Assembly: GCF_009914755.1 (NCBI RefSeq)
Contig: NC_060930.1
Direction: 5' to 3' (one strand)
DNA from: the human T2T-CHM13v2.0 reference genome, Homo sapiens
DNA: 64,000 nucleotides
Shown: positions 16,640-33,833 of the stretch, piece by piece
Numbering within the stretch: the first letter of the stretch is position 1
How the letters are laid out: the number at the start of each line of letters is the position of its first letter
Notes under the pieces: generated by a model
Seen by the model: only the letters and a program-made list of their open reading frames with translations
Database searches by the model: none
Told to the model about the DNA's origin: nothing
Translations under genes and position numbers: made by a program

Positions 16640-17260
16640 ACTTAGGTAACAAAATTACATGGTAAACAAATAACCTAAAATGTTTTACCATGTTTGTTTC
16701 ATTATGTCAAAATAATTTTAAAAAATAATAAGCAATTTAAAAATACATAAAAAGTAATCAAAATAAATATGGAGGTATAAATTTTTCTATGACAGAGATA
16801 ACATTGGATTGAATTTAAAAAGTTAAACAGAAAAAAGAAAAAAGAAAAAAGGAAAAAAGAAACCAGAATAAGAACAAATAGACAACCCAAGTTACTAAAT
16901 GGTATTTTTAAGAGACACATCCCAAACAAAATGATACACTGTTTAAAAATGTAGGATGGAAAAAAAATATCTAGTAAAATTTATTTTAAAAATGGCTGTG
17001 GCAACAGTGATATAATTAAAAAATAGAATTCAATGTGAAGATCAATTATTTGGGTAAAGAGGCCTATTTTATTATGACACAAAGTCCCTTTTACTAGGAA
17101 CTTATAAAACAGTTAGGAGTCTTTATTCTCCTAGCTGTAACAGTTTAACATATGCTAAAGCAAACCCAGTGAACTATATAAGGACTAGTAGGTAAAGACA
17201 TAACCATAATAGGGGATGTTAACACTTCCTCTCAGAAATCATCAGGTCAAGCCAATATAA
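16640..17260 (+). mobile_element. Highly decayed old L1M ORF2 endonuclease-region fragment
   Basis: AAGAGACACATCCCAAAC...GTAGGATGGAAAAAAAATATC...GGTAAAGAGGCCTATTTTATTATGACA is colinear with the L1 EN region (QETH...GWKKI...DKEGHYIM). Confidence 0.6.
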
Positions 17261-18246
17261 CTATAATGGGAACAAACATGACTCATGGGATGTAGTCATA
17301 AAGTGATTCTAGTTTTGCTTCTCATTGTCTTTTACAGTTGATGAGTGGAGATATTTCTTCCCCTTTTCCCTGTTCAGGTAAACTGGGTAGCCTCACGATT
17401 TATTATAAATTAATAATTCCTGTTCATTCATTTACTAGAGTCTCAATTCAGCCCCTAAAATGTCCAGTCCTATGTCATCATCAAAGAATCTAACCTTGAT
17501 TTCAGGCATATCCCCCTTTCCCTTGTAGGTCCTACTGTGGACAAACAACAAAAGAAAGGAAGCTGATTGGCTTCCCCTCTTTTTCCTCCCCTAATTCTTT
17601 TACTCCTTCTCTCCTTCTAGCTAATCAGGTCCTCTAATTAGCTGGTGCGGTTGGATGAAGGGATTGGGAGAGAGATGATGCTGCCTCTCTATGAAGGTCT
17701 GGTCAATGGAAATTACAAGTCTTTTTCCCAATAAACTGTGGAAGAACAGCTTCCCACCAAACTTCAGGTCATGATTTTGCTGCCACAAAACCACTACAGC
17801 CTGCTGCATGTTCATTTCTTAGTCTAGACTCAGACCCCAGGCTACCAATACTGTCCTTCTAACTGCAGGGAATACAGGTTAAACTCCTAGTCATTACCTC
17901 AAATCCCATTTCCAGTGATGTGGAGCTGGGATGTAGCAAACTCCTCACTCTTCTTCCTTGTAGGAGAGAGACAGTGGTTGTGATTCTTCAGCAAAGTTCA
18001 ATCCAGAGAAATCCTCTTCCACAATTTTTACCAAATGAAACTCCTGACCCTTTAATAGCCTAGATGTGAGTGAGGAACTTAACAGTTGCCTAAAGTCTTA
18101 CAAATATCTGATTGAAAATTATTCTTTATAGGGTTATCTTACCCTGAGATGTAATTTCTAGTGTTCTCGAGTTTCAGCCAAAACGTCCATTTTAACCTCA
18201 TCCTATTATATAAGTAAAAATGAAAAGCATTTTAAAAACTATTCTT

Positions 18247-19266
18247 GAGGGTGGAGCCAAGATGGCCAAATAGGAACAGCTCCAGTCTACAGTTCCCAGC
18301 GTGAGCGATGCAGAAGACGGGTGATTTCTGCATTTCCAACTGAGGTACCGGGTTCATCTCACAGGGGAGTGCCGGACAGTGGGTGCAGGACAGTGGGTGC
18401 AGTGCACCATGCGTGAGCCGAAGCAGGGCGAGGCATCGCCTCACCTGGGAAGTGCAAGGAATTCTCTTTCCTAGTCAAAGAAAGGGGTGACAGACGGCAC
18501 CTGGAAAATCGGGTCACTCCCACCCTAATACTGCACTCTTCAAACAGGCTTAACAAACGACACACCAGGAGATTACATCCCGCACATGGCTCGGAGGGTC
18601 CTATGCCCACAGAGCCTAGCTCATTGCTAGCACAGCAGTCTGAGATCAAACTGCAAGGCGGCAGTGAGGCTGGGGGAGGGGTGCCCACCATTGCTCAGGC
18701 TCGAGTAGGTAAACAAAGTGGCCAGGAAGCTCAAACTGGGTGGAGCCCACCACAGCTCAAAGGGGCCTGCCTGCCTCTGTAGGCTCCACCTCTGGGGGCA
18801 GGGCACAGACAAACAAAAGACAGCAATAACCTCTGCAGTCTTAAATGTCCCTGTCTGATAGCTTTGAAGAGAGTAGTGGTTCTCCCAGCATGCAGCTTGA
18901 GATCTGAGAATGAGCAGAGTGCCTCCTCAAGTGGGTCCCTGACCCACGAGTAGCCTAACTGGGAGACACCCCCCAGTAGGGGCAGACTGACACCTCACAC
19001 GGCCGGGTACTCCTCTGAGACAAAAATTCCAGAGGAATGATCAGGCAGCAGCATTTGCGGTTCACCAATATCCGCTGTTCTGCAGCTACTGCTGCTGATA
19101 CCCAGGCAAACAGGGTCTGCAGTGGACCTCCAGTAAACTCCAACAGACCTGCAGCTGAGGGTCCTGACTGTTAGAAGGAAAACTAAAAAACAGAAAGGAC
19201 ATCCACACCAAAAATCCATCTGTACGTCACCATCATCAAAGACCAAAGGTAGATAAAACCACAAAG
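18247..19266 (+). promoter_or_regulatory. L1 5' UTR: internal sense promoter (YY1 site AAGATGGCC at 18259-18267) and antisense promoter
   Basis: Colinear with the primate L1 5' UTR; many CpGs decayed. Confidence 0.85.
18359..18691 (-). CDS. L1 ORF0 homologue, open for 110 aa (expression unknown)
   Basis: MVGTPPPASLPPCSLISDCCASN...IRVGVTRFSRC matches the primate L1 antisense ORF0; start context GCAATGG. Confidence 0.6.
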   Translation of the reverse strand: MVGTPPPASLPPCSLISDCCASNELGSVGIGPSEPCAGCNLLVCRLLSLFEECSIRVGVTRFSRCRLSPLSLTRKENSLHFPGEAMPRPASAHAWCTAPTVLHPLSGTPL

Positions 19267-20281
19267 ATGGGAAAAAACAGCAGAAAAACCAGAAACTCTA
19301 AAAATCAGAGCGCCTCTCCTCCTCCAAAGGAACGCAGCTCCTCACCAGGAATGGAACAAAGCTGGATGGAGAATGACTTTGACGAGTTGAGAGAGGAAGG
19401 CTTCAGAAGATCAAACTACTCCGAGCTAAAGGAGGAAGTTCTAACCAATGGCAAAGAAGTTAAAAACTTTGAAAAAAAAATTAGATGAATGGCTAACTAG
19501 AATAAGCAATGCAGAGAAGTACTTAAAGGAACTGATGGAGCTGAAAACCAAGGCACCAGAACTACGTGATGAATGCACAAGCCTCAGTAACTGATGCGAT
19601 CAACTGGAAGAAAGGGTATCAGCGATGGAAGATGAAATGAATGAAATGAAGTGTGAAGAGAAGTTTAGAGGAAAAAGAATAAAAAGAAACAAACAAAGCC
19701 TCCAAGAAATATGGGACTATGTGAAAAGACCAAATCTACGTCTAATTGGTGTACCTGAAAGTGACAGGGAGAATGGAACCAAGTTGGAAAACACTCTGCA
19801 GGATATTATCCAGGAGAACTTCCCCAATCTAGCAAGGCAGGCCAACATTCAAATTCGGGAAATACAGAGAATGCCACAAAGATACTCCTCGAGAAGAGCA
19901 ACTCCAAGACACGTAATTGTCAGATTCACCAAAGTTGAAGTGAAGGAAAAAATGTTAAGGGCAGCCAGAGAGAAAGGTCGGGTTACCCACAAAGGGAAGC
20001 CCATCAGACTAACAGCTGATCTCTCGGCAGAAACTCTACAAGCCAGAAGAGAGTGGAGGCCAATATTCAACATTCTTAAAGAAAAGAATTTTCAAGCTAG
20101 AATTTCATTTCCAGCCAAACTAAGCTTCATAAGTGAAGGAGAAATAAAATACTTTACAGACAAGCAAATGCTGAGAGATTTTGTCACCACCAGGCCTGCC
20201 CTAAAAGAGCTCCTGAAGGAAGCACTAAACATGGAAAGGAACAACCGGTACCAGCCAGTGCAAAAACATGCCAAATTGTAA
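19267..20281 (+). pseudogene. L1 ORF1p, disrupted
   Basis: MGK...; frameshift in the A9 run at 19472-19480 and an in-frame TGA at 19592-19594; the RRM/CTD part (19625-20281) is still open. Confidence 0.93.
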
Positions 20282-20329
20282 AGACCATCAAGGCTAGGAA
20301 GAAACTGCACCAACTAATGAGCAAACTAA

Positions 20330-24168
<3,839 letters not shown>

Positions 24169-24479
24169 ACAATGAGAACACATGGACACAGGAAGGGGAA
24201 CATCACACACCAGGGACTGTTGTGGGGTGGGGGGAGCGGGGAGGGATAGCATTAGGAGGTATACCTAATGCTAAATGATGAGTTAATGGGTGCAGCACAC
24301 CAACATGGCACATGTATACATATGTAACAAACCTGCACGTTGTGCATATGTATCCTAAAATTTAAAGTATAATAATAATAAAAAAATAAATAAATAAAAA
24401 TAAAAACTATTCTTTTACTATCTTTCCCTCCAAGTTGATTCTGGGAGAAACAATTATAGCCTTATCTGCAATGAAAAGT

Positions 24480-25210
24480 ATCAATAATAGATTAAACCTT
24501 TAATTAGAGATGTTGAAAATAATTCCAAGAATATAGAGAGAACGAATATAAACAATGATAAATCTAGGCTTCATAATACAGAGAACAACAACAACAGAAA
24601 GCTAAAAGATGAATTTTTGGAAAACATTAATAAACAAAATATTAAAAATGCTAGCAAGTCTGATTAATGGGAAAAAAGACAATTCACTAATAACATTATG
24701 AAAAAGAAACAGGACATAATTACAGATGTTGAGAAAATGAAAAATAAGATAACATTATGTGCAAATTTATGGTGATATATTTAAAAATTTAAATGAAATA
24801 ATCATTTTCTAGGACAACAAAAGTGACAAAAGTGTCTGGGAAAATGAAGTAAAATACCTTAACAAACTAAAAACAACTAAAAAAACTTCAAAGTAGTACT
24901 GTTTTAAATGACATCTGCTTATTTTGTGAATTCAAATCATCTTGTAAGGGACTTATGAGTTGTCTAATAATTCTTTTTATTTAAGCTGTTTCAAAGCAAA
25001 GAATAAAGATAAAAGTTTCCTTATTCATCACAAGGCTACTATAACACCAGTACCATAAGACTGTCATAAAAACCTAATAGCCCAATGTCATATATGAACA
25101 TACAACTTTTTAAAATCATCAAATTAAATTTCTTACTGTATTAAAAAAGTAGTAAAACATAACCAAGTATTTATCTTAAGACGACAAATACCGTTCATCA
25201 TTTAAACATT
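24480..25210 (+). mobile_element. Decayed old L1M ORF2 fragment
   Basis: TTTTTGGAAAACATTAATAAACAAAAT...GCTAGCAAGTCTGATTAA...GGACATAATTACAGAT, colinear with L1 ORF2 (FFEKINK..LARLI..DITTD). Confidence 0.65.
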
Positions 25211-25219
25211 ATTTTAGTG

Positions 25220-26401
25220 AGACCTGGAACTATGAAATTCCTGGAAGAAAACATAGGGCCTTGACAATGAGTTTTTTGTATATCACACCAAAATATCAGG
25301 CAAAAAAGGCAAAAATAAACAAGTGGGACTACATCAAACTAAAAAGCTCCTTCAGAGTAAAGGAAACAATCAATGAAATGAGAAGGCAGCCTACAAATTG
25401 GGAGAAAATATTTGCAAGCTATATATCTGATAAGGGATTAATATCCAAAATCTATAAGAAACTCATGCTACTCAACATAAACAACAACAAAACCCCAAAA
25501 AACAAAACCACAAATAACCAGATTTTAAAATGAGCACAGGACCTGCATAGGCTTTTTTTCCAAAGAAAACATACAAGTCGCCAAAAGGTATGTAAAAATT
25601 CGTCAACATCATTAATCATCAGGGAAATAAAAATCAAAACCACTATGAAATATTTCCTCACACCTATTGGGATGGCTATTATTTTAAAAATAAAACTTAA
25701 AAAGAGAGAAAAAAAACAACAACCAAGTGATAGGTATTGGTGAGAGTGTGGAGAAAAGAGAGCCCTTGTATACAACTGTTGGAAATGTAAACTGGTAAAG
25801 CCAGTTTAACACAGCACGGAGGTTCCTTAAAAGTTAAACACAGAACTACCATATGATACAGCAATTCCACCACTGAGTATGTTTCAAAAGGAAAATGAAA
25901 TCAGCGTGTCCAAGAGATATTTGTACTACCACGCTTATTGCAGCATTATTTACAATAGCCAAAACATAGAATCAACTTAAATATCTATTAACACATGAAT
26001 GGATTTTAAAATGTGGTATGTGTATACACACACACAATTAAATACTATTTAGTCTTTGGAAAGATAGAGATTCTGACATTTGTGACAACATAGATGAACC
26101 TGAAGGACACTTTGCTAAGTGAAATAAGCCAGACATTGAAAGAAATAAACTACCCTGCATAATCTCACTTACACACAGATTTTTTTAAAAAATAGAATAC
26201 ATAAAAGAAACAGAGTAGAACAGTGGTTACAAAGGGTGAGGTGAGAGGAGGGAGGGGAAGGAAATATGTAGGTCAAAAATTACAGAGTTGCAGTTATATA
26301 GGATGAATAAGTCTAGAGATCAAATGTATAGCATCAGAATCATAGTTAATAATATTGTATTGTATACTGAAAATTTGCTGAGTAGAGTCCAGATGGTTTT
26401 A

Positions 26402-26437
<36 letters not shown>

Positions 26438-26480
26438 ACACAAGGTAACTGTGAAGTGATAGATATTAATAGGTAGATGG
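25220..26480 (+). mobile_element. 5'-truncated L1MA (L1MA7-9-like), ORF2 C-terminus plus 3' UTR
   Basis: ORF 25261-25533 gives [12 protein letters not shown]...[25 protein letters not shown]; 3' UTR AGGATGAATAAGTCTAGAGATC...TAGTTAATAATATTGTATTGTATACTG; (CA)n at 26403-26441. Confidence 0.85.
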
Positions 26481-26548
26481 ATTTATTAGGTTGTTTGTTC
26501 TTAAAGTAACATTTAAAAATATACTGTGGTTAGTAATCTTTTCTATTT

Positions 26549-26549
26549 T

Positions 26550-26582
<33 letters not shown>

Positions 26583-26583
26583 A
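26549..26583. repeat. (TA)n microsatellite
   Basis: Direct reading of the sequence. Confidence 0.9.
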
Positions 26584-26719
26584 TATTTTTATCTTTACAA
26601 ATATGTTCTCCCAATCTGGTACTTGTCTTTTTACTTTACTTAAGATGCCTCTCATTCTGCAGAACATTTTAATATTCACTGAGTTAAAATTAAACCTTTA
26701 ATAAAGGTTTACAGAATGA

Positions 26720-27150
26720 CCCTTCTACACATGCATTGTTCACTGTTCTGTGATTGCCCCTCTATATCCTTTCTCTGTCCTGCTCTTATTGCTTGGAGGC
26801 TGATGTGGGGTTCCCTTACCTTCTGGCTTTCGGTTTGGATTGGCGCATGGAGGCAACAACAGAATTGGAGAGTGAGAGGGGATTTCTTTTATTTCTTCTC
26901 TGCTACTTCTCTGCCATACTGTGGTTGGTAGTGGCTGCATCCCTCTACCGATGGCCAGACTTCTCACTGGGCAAGTCTGGGCAAGCCTCCCATGACCACA
27001 GCATTCACTGGAATCCAGTAACAAAGAACATCCTCTCCTTGTTTTCTCAGGCTGAGAGGTGGTAATTGCTTTCTTCCTTTGCCAATACCTGGGTATTTCA
27101 CCATCTTTTGCTGGTTCCCTTCAACCTGCCCAAAAGTGTTTCCTGTTGAA
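26720..27150 (+). mobile_element. ERVL LTR (LTR33-like)
   Basis: CCCTTACCTTCTGGCTTTCGGTTTGGATTGGCGCATGGAGGCA...CAGAATTGGAGAG motif characteristic of LTR33. Confidence 0.65.
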
Positions 27151-28079
27151 ATCACAAGTGATATGTAAACTGTACAATACCATGCAGCTATTAAATAGTG
27201 TGATGCAGAACTATATATGTACCAACATGAAAACAATTGCACAATACATGTGTTTGCTTTTTAACAATCCAAATACCCACATATGTATCATTTATCCATA
27301 ATAATCACGATTTGCCATGTTTTAGTTCAATGCTATTTCCACCATTTAGACATTTCAAATCCATAGTGCACTATAATAAAAAAGGTATATAATACATACT
27401 TGAACAATTCATTGGTTTAAAAAGAGCTTTAACTGTCAAAACATATGAACAAATGATAATCCTAGATGACCTATGTCATTCCTGCAGCAATACTGTGACG
27501 TCAATGCAACCCCTTTTTCAGGTTCCACATCCTCTGCCTATATAACAAAGAACCAGGATTCCATGGCAACACAAACTGGCCAGCTGCAGCACCTTACCAA
27601 GCATCATGCCCTATATATAGCACAATAGCATCATGAACTATAATTTCTTCAATTATTATAGCACATTGGTTTATAAATTGAGGATCAAAACACATACTAA
27701 AATTTTAGAAAGTTATGGTGTTTAGATGCTCAGATAATATATCTTCTGCTATTTTAAATGACAACATCACTATAAAGTGATATTGAAACATAAAAGTAAA
27801 AATGACAACCACCTCTGGGTATGGAATTGGGATTGTTGTGGGCACAGGGGAAATTTATCTTTTCATTTTCTAAACTTCTGTATTAATTTTCCAGTAAATC
27901 CATATTCATTTTCTTGTTATATAAATACATTTAAATAAAATTTGATACAGAAAAAGATGCGATTTTCTACAGTGAAACTCTGATAATTCCACAGAAGATG
28001 AAAAGAGAACACGTTGACTACATACAGAGCTCTCTGAAGTTAGCCTTTAAAACAACACATACAAAAGGAAGGAGAATGG

Positions 28080-28580
28080 ATGCAGAGAGATCACTAGAAT
28101 CATTAACTCTTAATGTGAAAACAATGCCTTAGACAGAGCATCTAGGTCGGTAGCAATACAGTCAGGATACCCCAAAGCTCAGACTGTGTTGAGATCTATG
28201 AAAATAGCCCAAGACAATAAGAGAAATTATATTTGTTAATATCAGACAAGAACATAAACTGAACAACAGGGAACTATTTAAGAAGGACTCACATTTTTGT
28301 TAACCTGATGGAAATAACAGACATACTCAACTACTGTTTACTTTTGTTTCCTTAACAAGGAGACATAAAAAAAGAGAAAGAAGGAGTTGAAGCTCACTAC
28401 AGAAGAGAAGATAGAAAGGGAATACTTTGACCCTTTAAATGGTATTCAGTCTTTAGATACTAAAGGATTACATTCTAGTGTAAAGAAAGAATTTACAAAT
28501 GTGGTCAGTAACAGAATCAATAACCTTTGGAATTTGGATAAGTTTAAGGAAATAAACCAAAGTCCCAATGTTCTAAAGTA
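28080..28580 (+). mobile_element. CR1/L3 LINE ORF2 fragment
   Basis: ORF 28387-28581 (EREYFDPLNGIQSLDTKGLHSSVKKEFTNVV) resembles CR1 'VREHL..LNEFKSPGPDGLHPRVLKELADVI'. Confidence 0.6.
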
Positions 28581-29103
28581 AGAGACATAGATTCTGAAGA
28601 TTCATTTTCAGTTCATATTAATAAGATCTGTGTTTGTGCGTGTGAAGTGATCTTTTATCTTCTTTAATTCAGTTAGTGCCTTATTTGTGGAGAGATACTC
28701 ATCACATTTAACTAAAATTTTAATTATTTTGGCAAATATCTTATACTGATGTAAATATGTAGACTTTTTAAATGGTGAATGCTAGATTGTCTGTCACATA
28801 GGATTTTTAACCATCCTGGTGATTATTAAGTGTCTGTTGAGGAAGAACAAATGAATTAATTAGAGATCTTTTGAAGCAGCGTTTCTCTTATCTGTGGAAG
28901 CACTCTAGTTCACAGTGTATGATTCTGTGTCAATGCTGATGCTAAAGACAGATAAGAAAAAGCTGAGGCTCCTCTGTGAGGCCTTGCAACTACAGAGTGA
29001 GGAGGCAGTCATGACAGGAACAGGGACAGCTGGAGTGAGATCCTCCATTCCCCTCACAGATTTCTTTCTTCTCTTAATAGGATAATGTCAACCCCAGTCC
29101 CAT

Positions 29104-29252
29104 AGCCTAGTCTCACCCCTTCTTAGGCACTGATAACAAGAAAGCAAAGAAAGCTGGCTCAGTGAGGTCCTCAGCCCCATCAGCCTAGTCCCAACCCCTC
29201 CTCCGGCACTGATATCAAGAAAGCAAAGAAGGCTGGCTCAGTGAGGTCCTCA
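29104..29252. repeat. Two-copy tandem duplication, period 78 bp
   Basis: AGCCTAGTC...GGCACTGATA.CAAGAAAGCAAAGAA.GCTGGCTCAGTGAGGTCCTCA at 29104-29173 and 29182-29252. Confidence 0.9.
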
Positions 29253-30794
29253 ATCTTATGCTCGAGAAACTTGACAGAGGTGGAGAGCTGATCTGTCTCA
29301 GTAATAAGAGCCTCCTATCACCTTTGAGGCAATGGCCCTTCAGAATAATCTTCTCTATTTTGCCTGTCCCCTTTGTGGCATTATTATCTTCTTGGGTTCT
29401 GACAACACATCAGACTTGGGGTATCCTTCTATAGACACAGCACCTGGATGCTTGTGAACATTGCAATTGACTTGTTTCAGGCTGGGACTTTCTACAACCC
29501 TTCCAACAATGTCACCAGACCACTTCAAACCATCCTTCTGCTTGCCTGCTTGTTTCTTTTAGGGGCTGACCCCTCACTTGTCAATAATGAAATATGTTCA
29601 TGATTCCAACCATGGCTGGGAGCTGTTTCAAATATAAAATAGGCAGCCCCATCCCCACTCCAACATGACACTGGGAATGTCATGCCTCTAAATTCAGCAC
29701 CACTGGGTTACACCTGGGTTGACGGCTACTCAGGGAGAAGAATAGCCCATATTTTATGTGGAGAAGTATGATCACAGATCCAAATCCCTGACTTCTAAAC
29801 TAATTCTGTGAACACTGTTTTTTTTTTAGATGACTACCATCTCTGGAAGTGTATTTTCCAACTTGTCACATTTTTCAAATTTATAAAATTTTCTCATTTC
29901 ATTACACAAATAAAAGGAAGGTAATCATCATAGTTCCAATTTCTCAGAACCTTTCCCAAGTGAAACCATATAGACATCTCTCTGTTTGCAGGCCCAGATC
30001 GGAAATACTACTCTTGCCTGGTCAATAATGGTGGTAGGTGATAAAGCATAAGGACCAGAATGGTCATCACAGTCACTCTCCAGATTTTCAGGTTAACAAA
30101 TGTGAACTAAACTTTTCAAAATTTTAAAAATAAATACCAGTAGATCAATATTGGCAGTAATTATGCTTTCTCTAATATAAAAAATGTATGAAGCAGTTAT
30201 CTCTATTAAATAATCAAATTAAATATAAATTTATCTTAACCACTAAGTACAAATTGACTACTTAATTGAATAAATATTAATTATAAATTATTATTCTTGA
30301 AAAATTAGGGTAATGTACAGAAGTAGCTCACTGCTTAATAAATATGACGGATAACTGTTATTTCAGCATATTTTTCACTCCTTTCCAGGTGTGGCACCTA
30401 TATTTTCCTCAAACATGAAAGGAACAAATTAAAAAAATAAAATTAGAGAATAATGATTATGAGGATGTGCTTTGAAGTCAGACGAGAATTTAAATCGTTC
30501 CTTATTTACTGACTAGCAGTGTAATACTGAGCCTGTTTCCTTATCTTCAAATGAGGTTAACAATATGTGATTAAATGGAATCATATATTTAACAAGCCCA
30601 ATTTAGAGCCAGTCACGTAGAAACACCTTTTAAGTGGTAATTATTGTGCAATTTTAACTAATTTTACATAAACATTATAATGGATGCAAAAAAGACAATG
30701 TTTTGTGGAGTACATTATATTATTCTCCGCATAAAAAGGCAAATAAGTGAAGTGCATATAGCACATCCTTTTAACTCATTTTCCAATAAATGTT

Positions 30795-30885
30795 GTTACG
30801 GTCTGAAGGTTTGTGTGCCCCTAGAATTCACATTTTAAAATCCTAACCCTCAAGGTGATGGTCCTAGGAGGTGGGGCCTTTGAAA
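30795..30885 (+). mobile_element. MaLR LTR 5' fragment (MLT1A-like)
   Basis: TGTTACGGTCTGAAGGTTTGTGTGCCCCTAGAATTCA...AAGGTGATGGTCCTAGGAGGTGGGGCCTTTG. Confidence 0.75.
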
Positions 30886-31185
30886 GTTTTTTTTACAGCT
30901 TTTGTACTTTTAATTTCTCGAGTCTGTTTAGCTCTCTTTCAAATGCATAATGACTTTTTTTATACTTTCCTATTTTCTGCAGATATTATAAACTGTTGTT
31001 CTTTTATGTATAATAAGCACTATGTTTTTTAGTATTTTTCCAGTGATTACCAGACGTGAAGACTTTGTTTTCTCTGTGGCTTCCTCTGATTTTCCATTTC
31101 CTCCTGTGCCTCCATTGGTATGTGAGTGGTTCATGCTTGAGCTACAGCATGAATGCAACTTCCTCCAGGTAAAACTTGGATATAA

Positions 31186-31617
<432 letters not shown>

Positions 31618-32876
31618 TGAAGTGCAGGCTACAAATTAGTATGAAGGCTGATTGACTCACTTTTACTCTGAGAATGCAGCTGTTTGGTGTTTCATATTAC
31701 TATGAGAACTTTGTCCTACTAGAATCCTCACCATTGTATTTCCTCCATTAGATTTCTATCCATCTTGCCTTGGCTGGTCATCAAAATGAAAATTCAAATG
31801 TGCTACAATTTGCAAATTCCCTCAAAGCAAAAGCAACTTCCCTCTTCATTTAGTTGTTGCTTTCCATTTTCTCATCTGCTTTGACTTGGTAATTTCCAAT
31901 ATCATGTACCTTTTATGAAAGTTATTTTTATATTTTATCTAGTGTTATTTTCAGTGTGATACTGTTTCTGATTTTCTTAAGGAATGAATTAAAATTGCTA
32001 TGCTTAATTTTTTTATAAAAGCTTCTTTTAGTGATTAAAAATAAACATTTTTGTAAACCTGTGATAATTTAGAGATAATTTTCACTTGCAATAACTCATT
32101 TAAGGTTAGCAATAAGTCTGTAATATTTATATAATTATTTTTGCCTCATTTTACAGAGAAGAAAAATAGGGATTCTGGAGATTAACTGATTTCAGAGCTA
32201 TTTAATAACCTGCTCATTGTCTCAGATGGGAACCTGGTTATACATCTCATGCTCTATTTTTGCCATTGCTTGAGAATAATTTTCAGAAAATGTTTAAATT
32301 TTTATTATGTAAAGATGACAAAATCCTTAGGAATAAGTGGTGAGCATGGGACCTATATAGGCAACAACTAATCAATAACAAGATTCGCGATGAAGACAAT
32401 GTCAGGAGTAGTTCAGCAATTCACTAGGATATTTTCTTCTGCCTTGTAAGAATACTGCAGCATTATTGTCATTTTCTTATTGAGTCCATTTGTACACTCT
32501 CATATTGATTTTTTTTGCTTCTGGACTGTCCATCTCTGAGTCATGCCTTTAACACAGGACTGTTCTCACTCCTTGAAAAGAACTCTTGTGCCAGTAAGAC
32601 TGTCTACCTCAGTTAAGTGGTACCAGCCATGTCTTCTCTGAGTAGCCAGATCTCGTTCCCTCATATGCTCTGGTTCTAATCCTCACATTTGAACATGGCT
32701 TTGAGTCACTTTGTATAGCCCATTCTGATACTTGAAAACATGATGATTTCATTCTCATTTAGCTTTGCTCTTCAACACTGTGGACTTTTTTTTTAAAAAA
32801 AAAAAAAGAACAATGATCATGGTCAATTAATCTGTCAAGTCCACACCACAGGAGCTGAACATTCCAAAGAGCAGTT

Positions 32877-33260
32877 GTCTTAGATTGGATTCCCTGGAAA
32901 CAGTCTCTGAGACAGAGTTGCATGCAAAGGTTTTGGGGGAGTATGCTGAGATAAATCTCTAAGGAAGTATGGAGGACACAGGCAGAGAAAGGAGCGGGCC
33001 TACCATGGGGATGCAACTGAGGCCTCACCCCTTATTGGAAGCTCCAGCTGGGTTGGGCTTTCAGAGTTTTCCCAAATTGAGGTATAGGCCTTAGCCTTTG
33101 TATCTCCACAGGCATTGGCCACAGCTACCTCCAGGAGAGGCATAATTTTCAGTGAGGCTGTTCCTTGCAGCCAGCTGAGGGCAGTTTTCATCGAAGACAT
33201 AGCTGTAATCCATCAGCTGTGATACTCTCAACAGCTGCAGATGAGTGTCTTGTCCTGGTG
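32877..33260 (-). mobile_element. ERVL LTR (LTR16-like)
   Basis: TGTCTTAGATTGGATTCCCTGGAAACAGTCTCTGAGACAGAG...GGCTTTCAGAGTTTTCCC. Confidence 0.7.
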
Positions 33261-33833
33261 TTCCTGGTGCAAATCCAGAGAATCCTTTTTGGTGATCTAA
33301 AATCTAGGAGGGAACTAACATGAAATGGAAAGATATATGAGAATCATAAAGCTGTCTGCTGGGTACCACATAAGAAATCCCATATATAACTCAGAAACAC
33401 ATCATTATTATCAATTTTTTTTTTGTTCTCAGTGAGATGCTGACTATTCCTAAGGCTTCTCATCCTTGTCCATCATTTCCATCAAAATATGCATCTAATG
33501 GGGATATAGCTCTCTGTTCTGCACATTAAAATTATTTGAATTTTCATGTCTTGCTATGAAAATTTTGTGATTTTTGCTTTATTCTTTAAAAATATTTGTG
33601 ATTATTTTAAAATAAAGGGAACACTTTAAATAATTTAACAGTTTAATTATTTATTTCTTCCTCAAATCTTCTAATAAATTTTCTGTGGCTTAGGCTGCAT
33701 CTGGAAGTACACCCTTGACACAACATTGTAAACCTTCAGCGTATGACTATCCGCATTTGAGAGTAAAGCAATTAAAGTAAAAAGTAATATAATAGTGCCT
33801 AAAATTGGCACAACATATTGGAGTTTTCAAAGT

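Noticed and set aside
29693-29713. REST/RE1 site (TTCAGCACCAC...)
   Set aside because: Only the left half matches; the GGACAG right half is absent.
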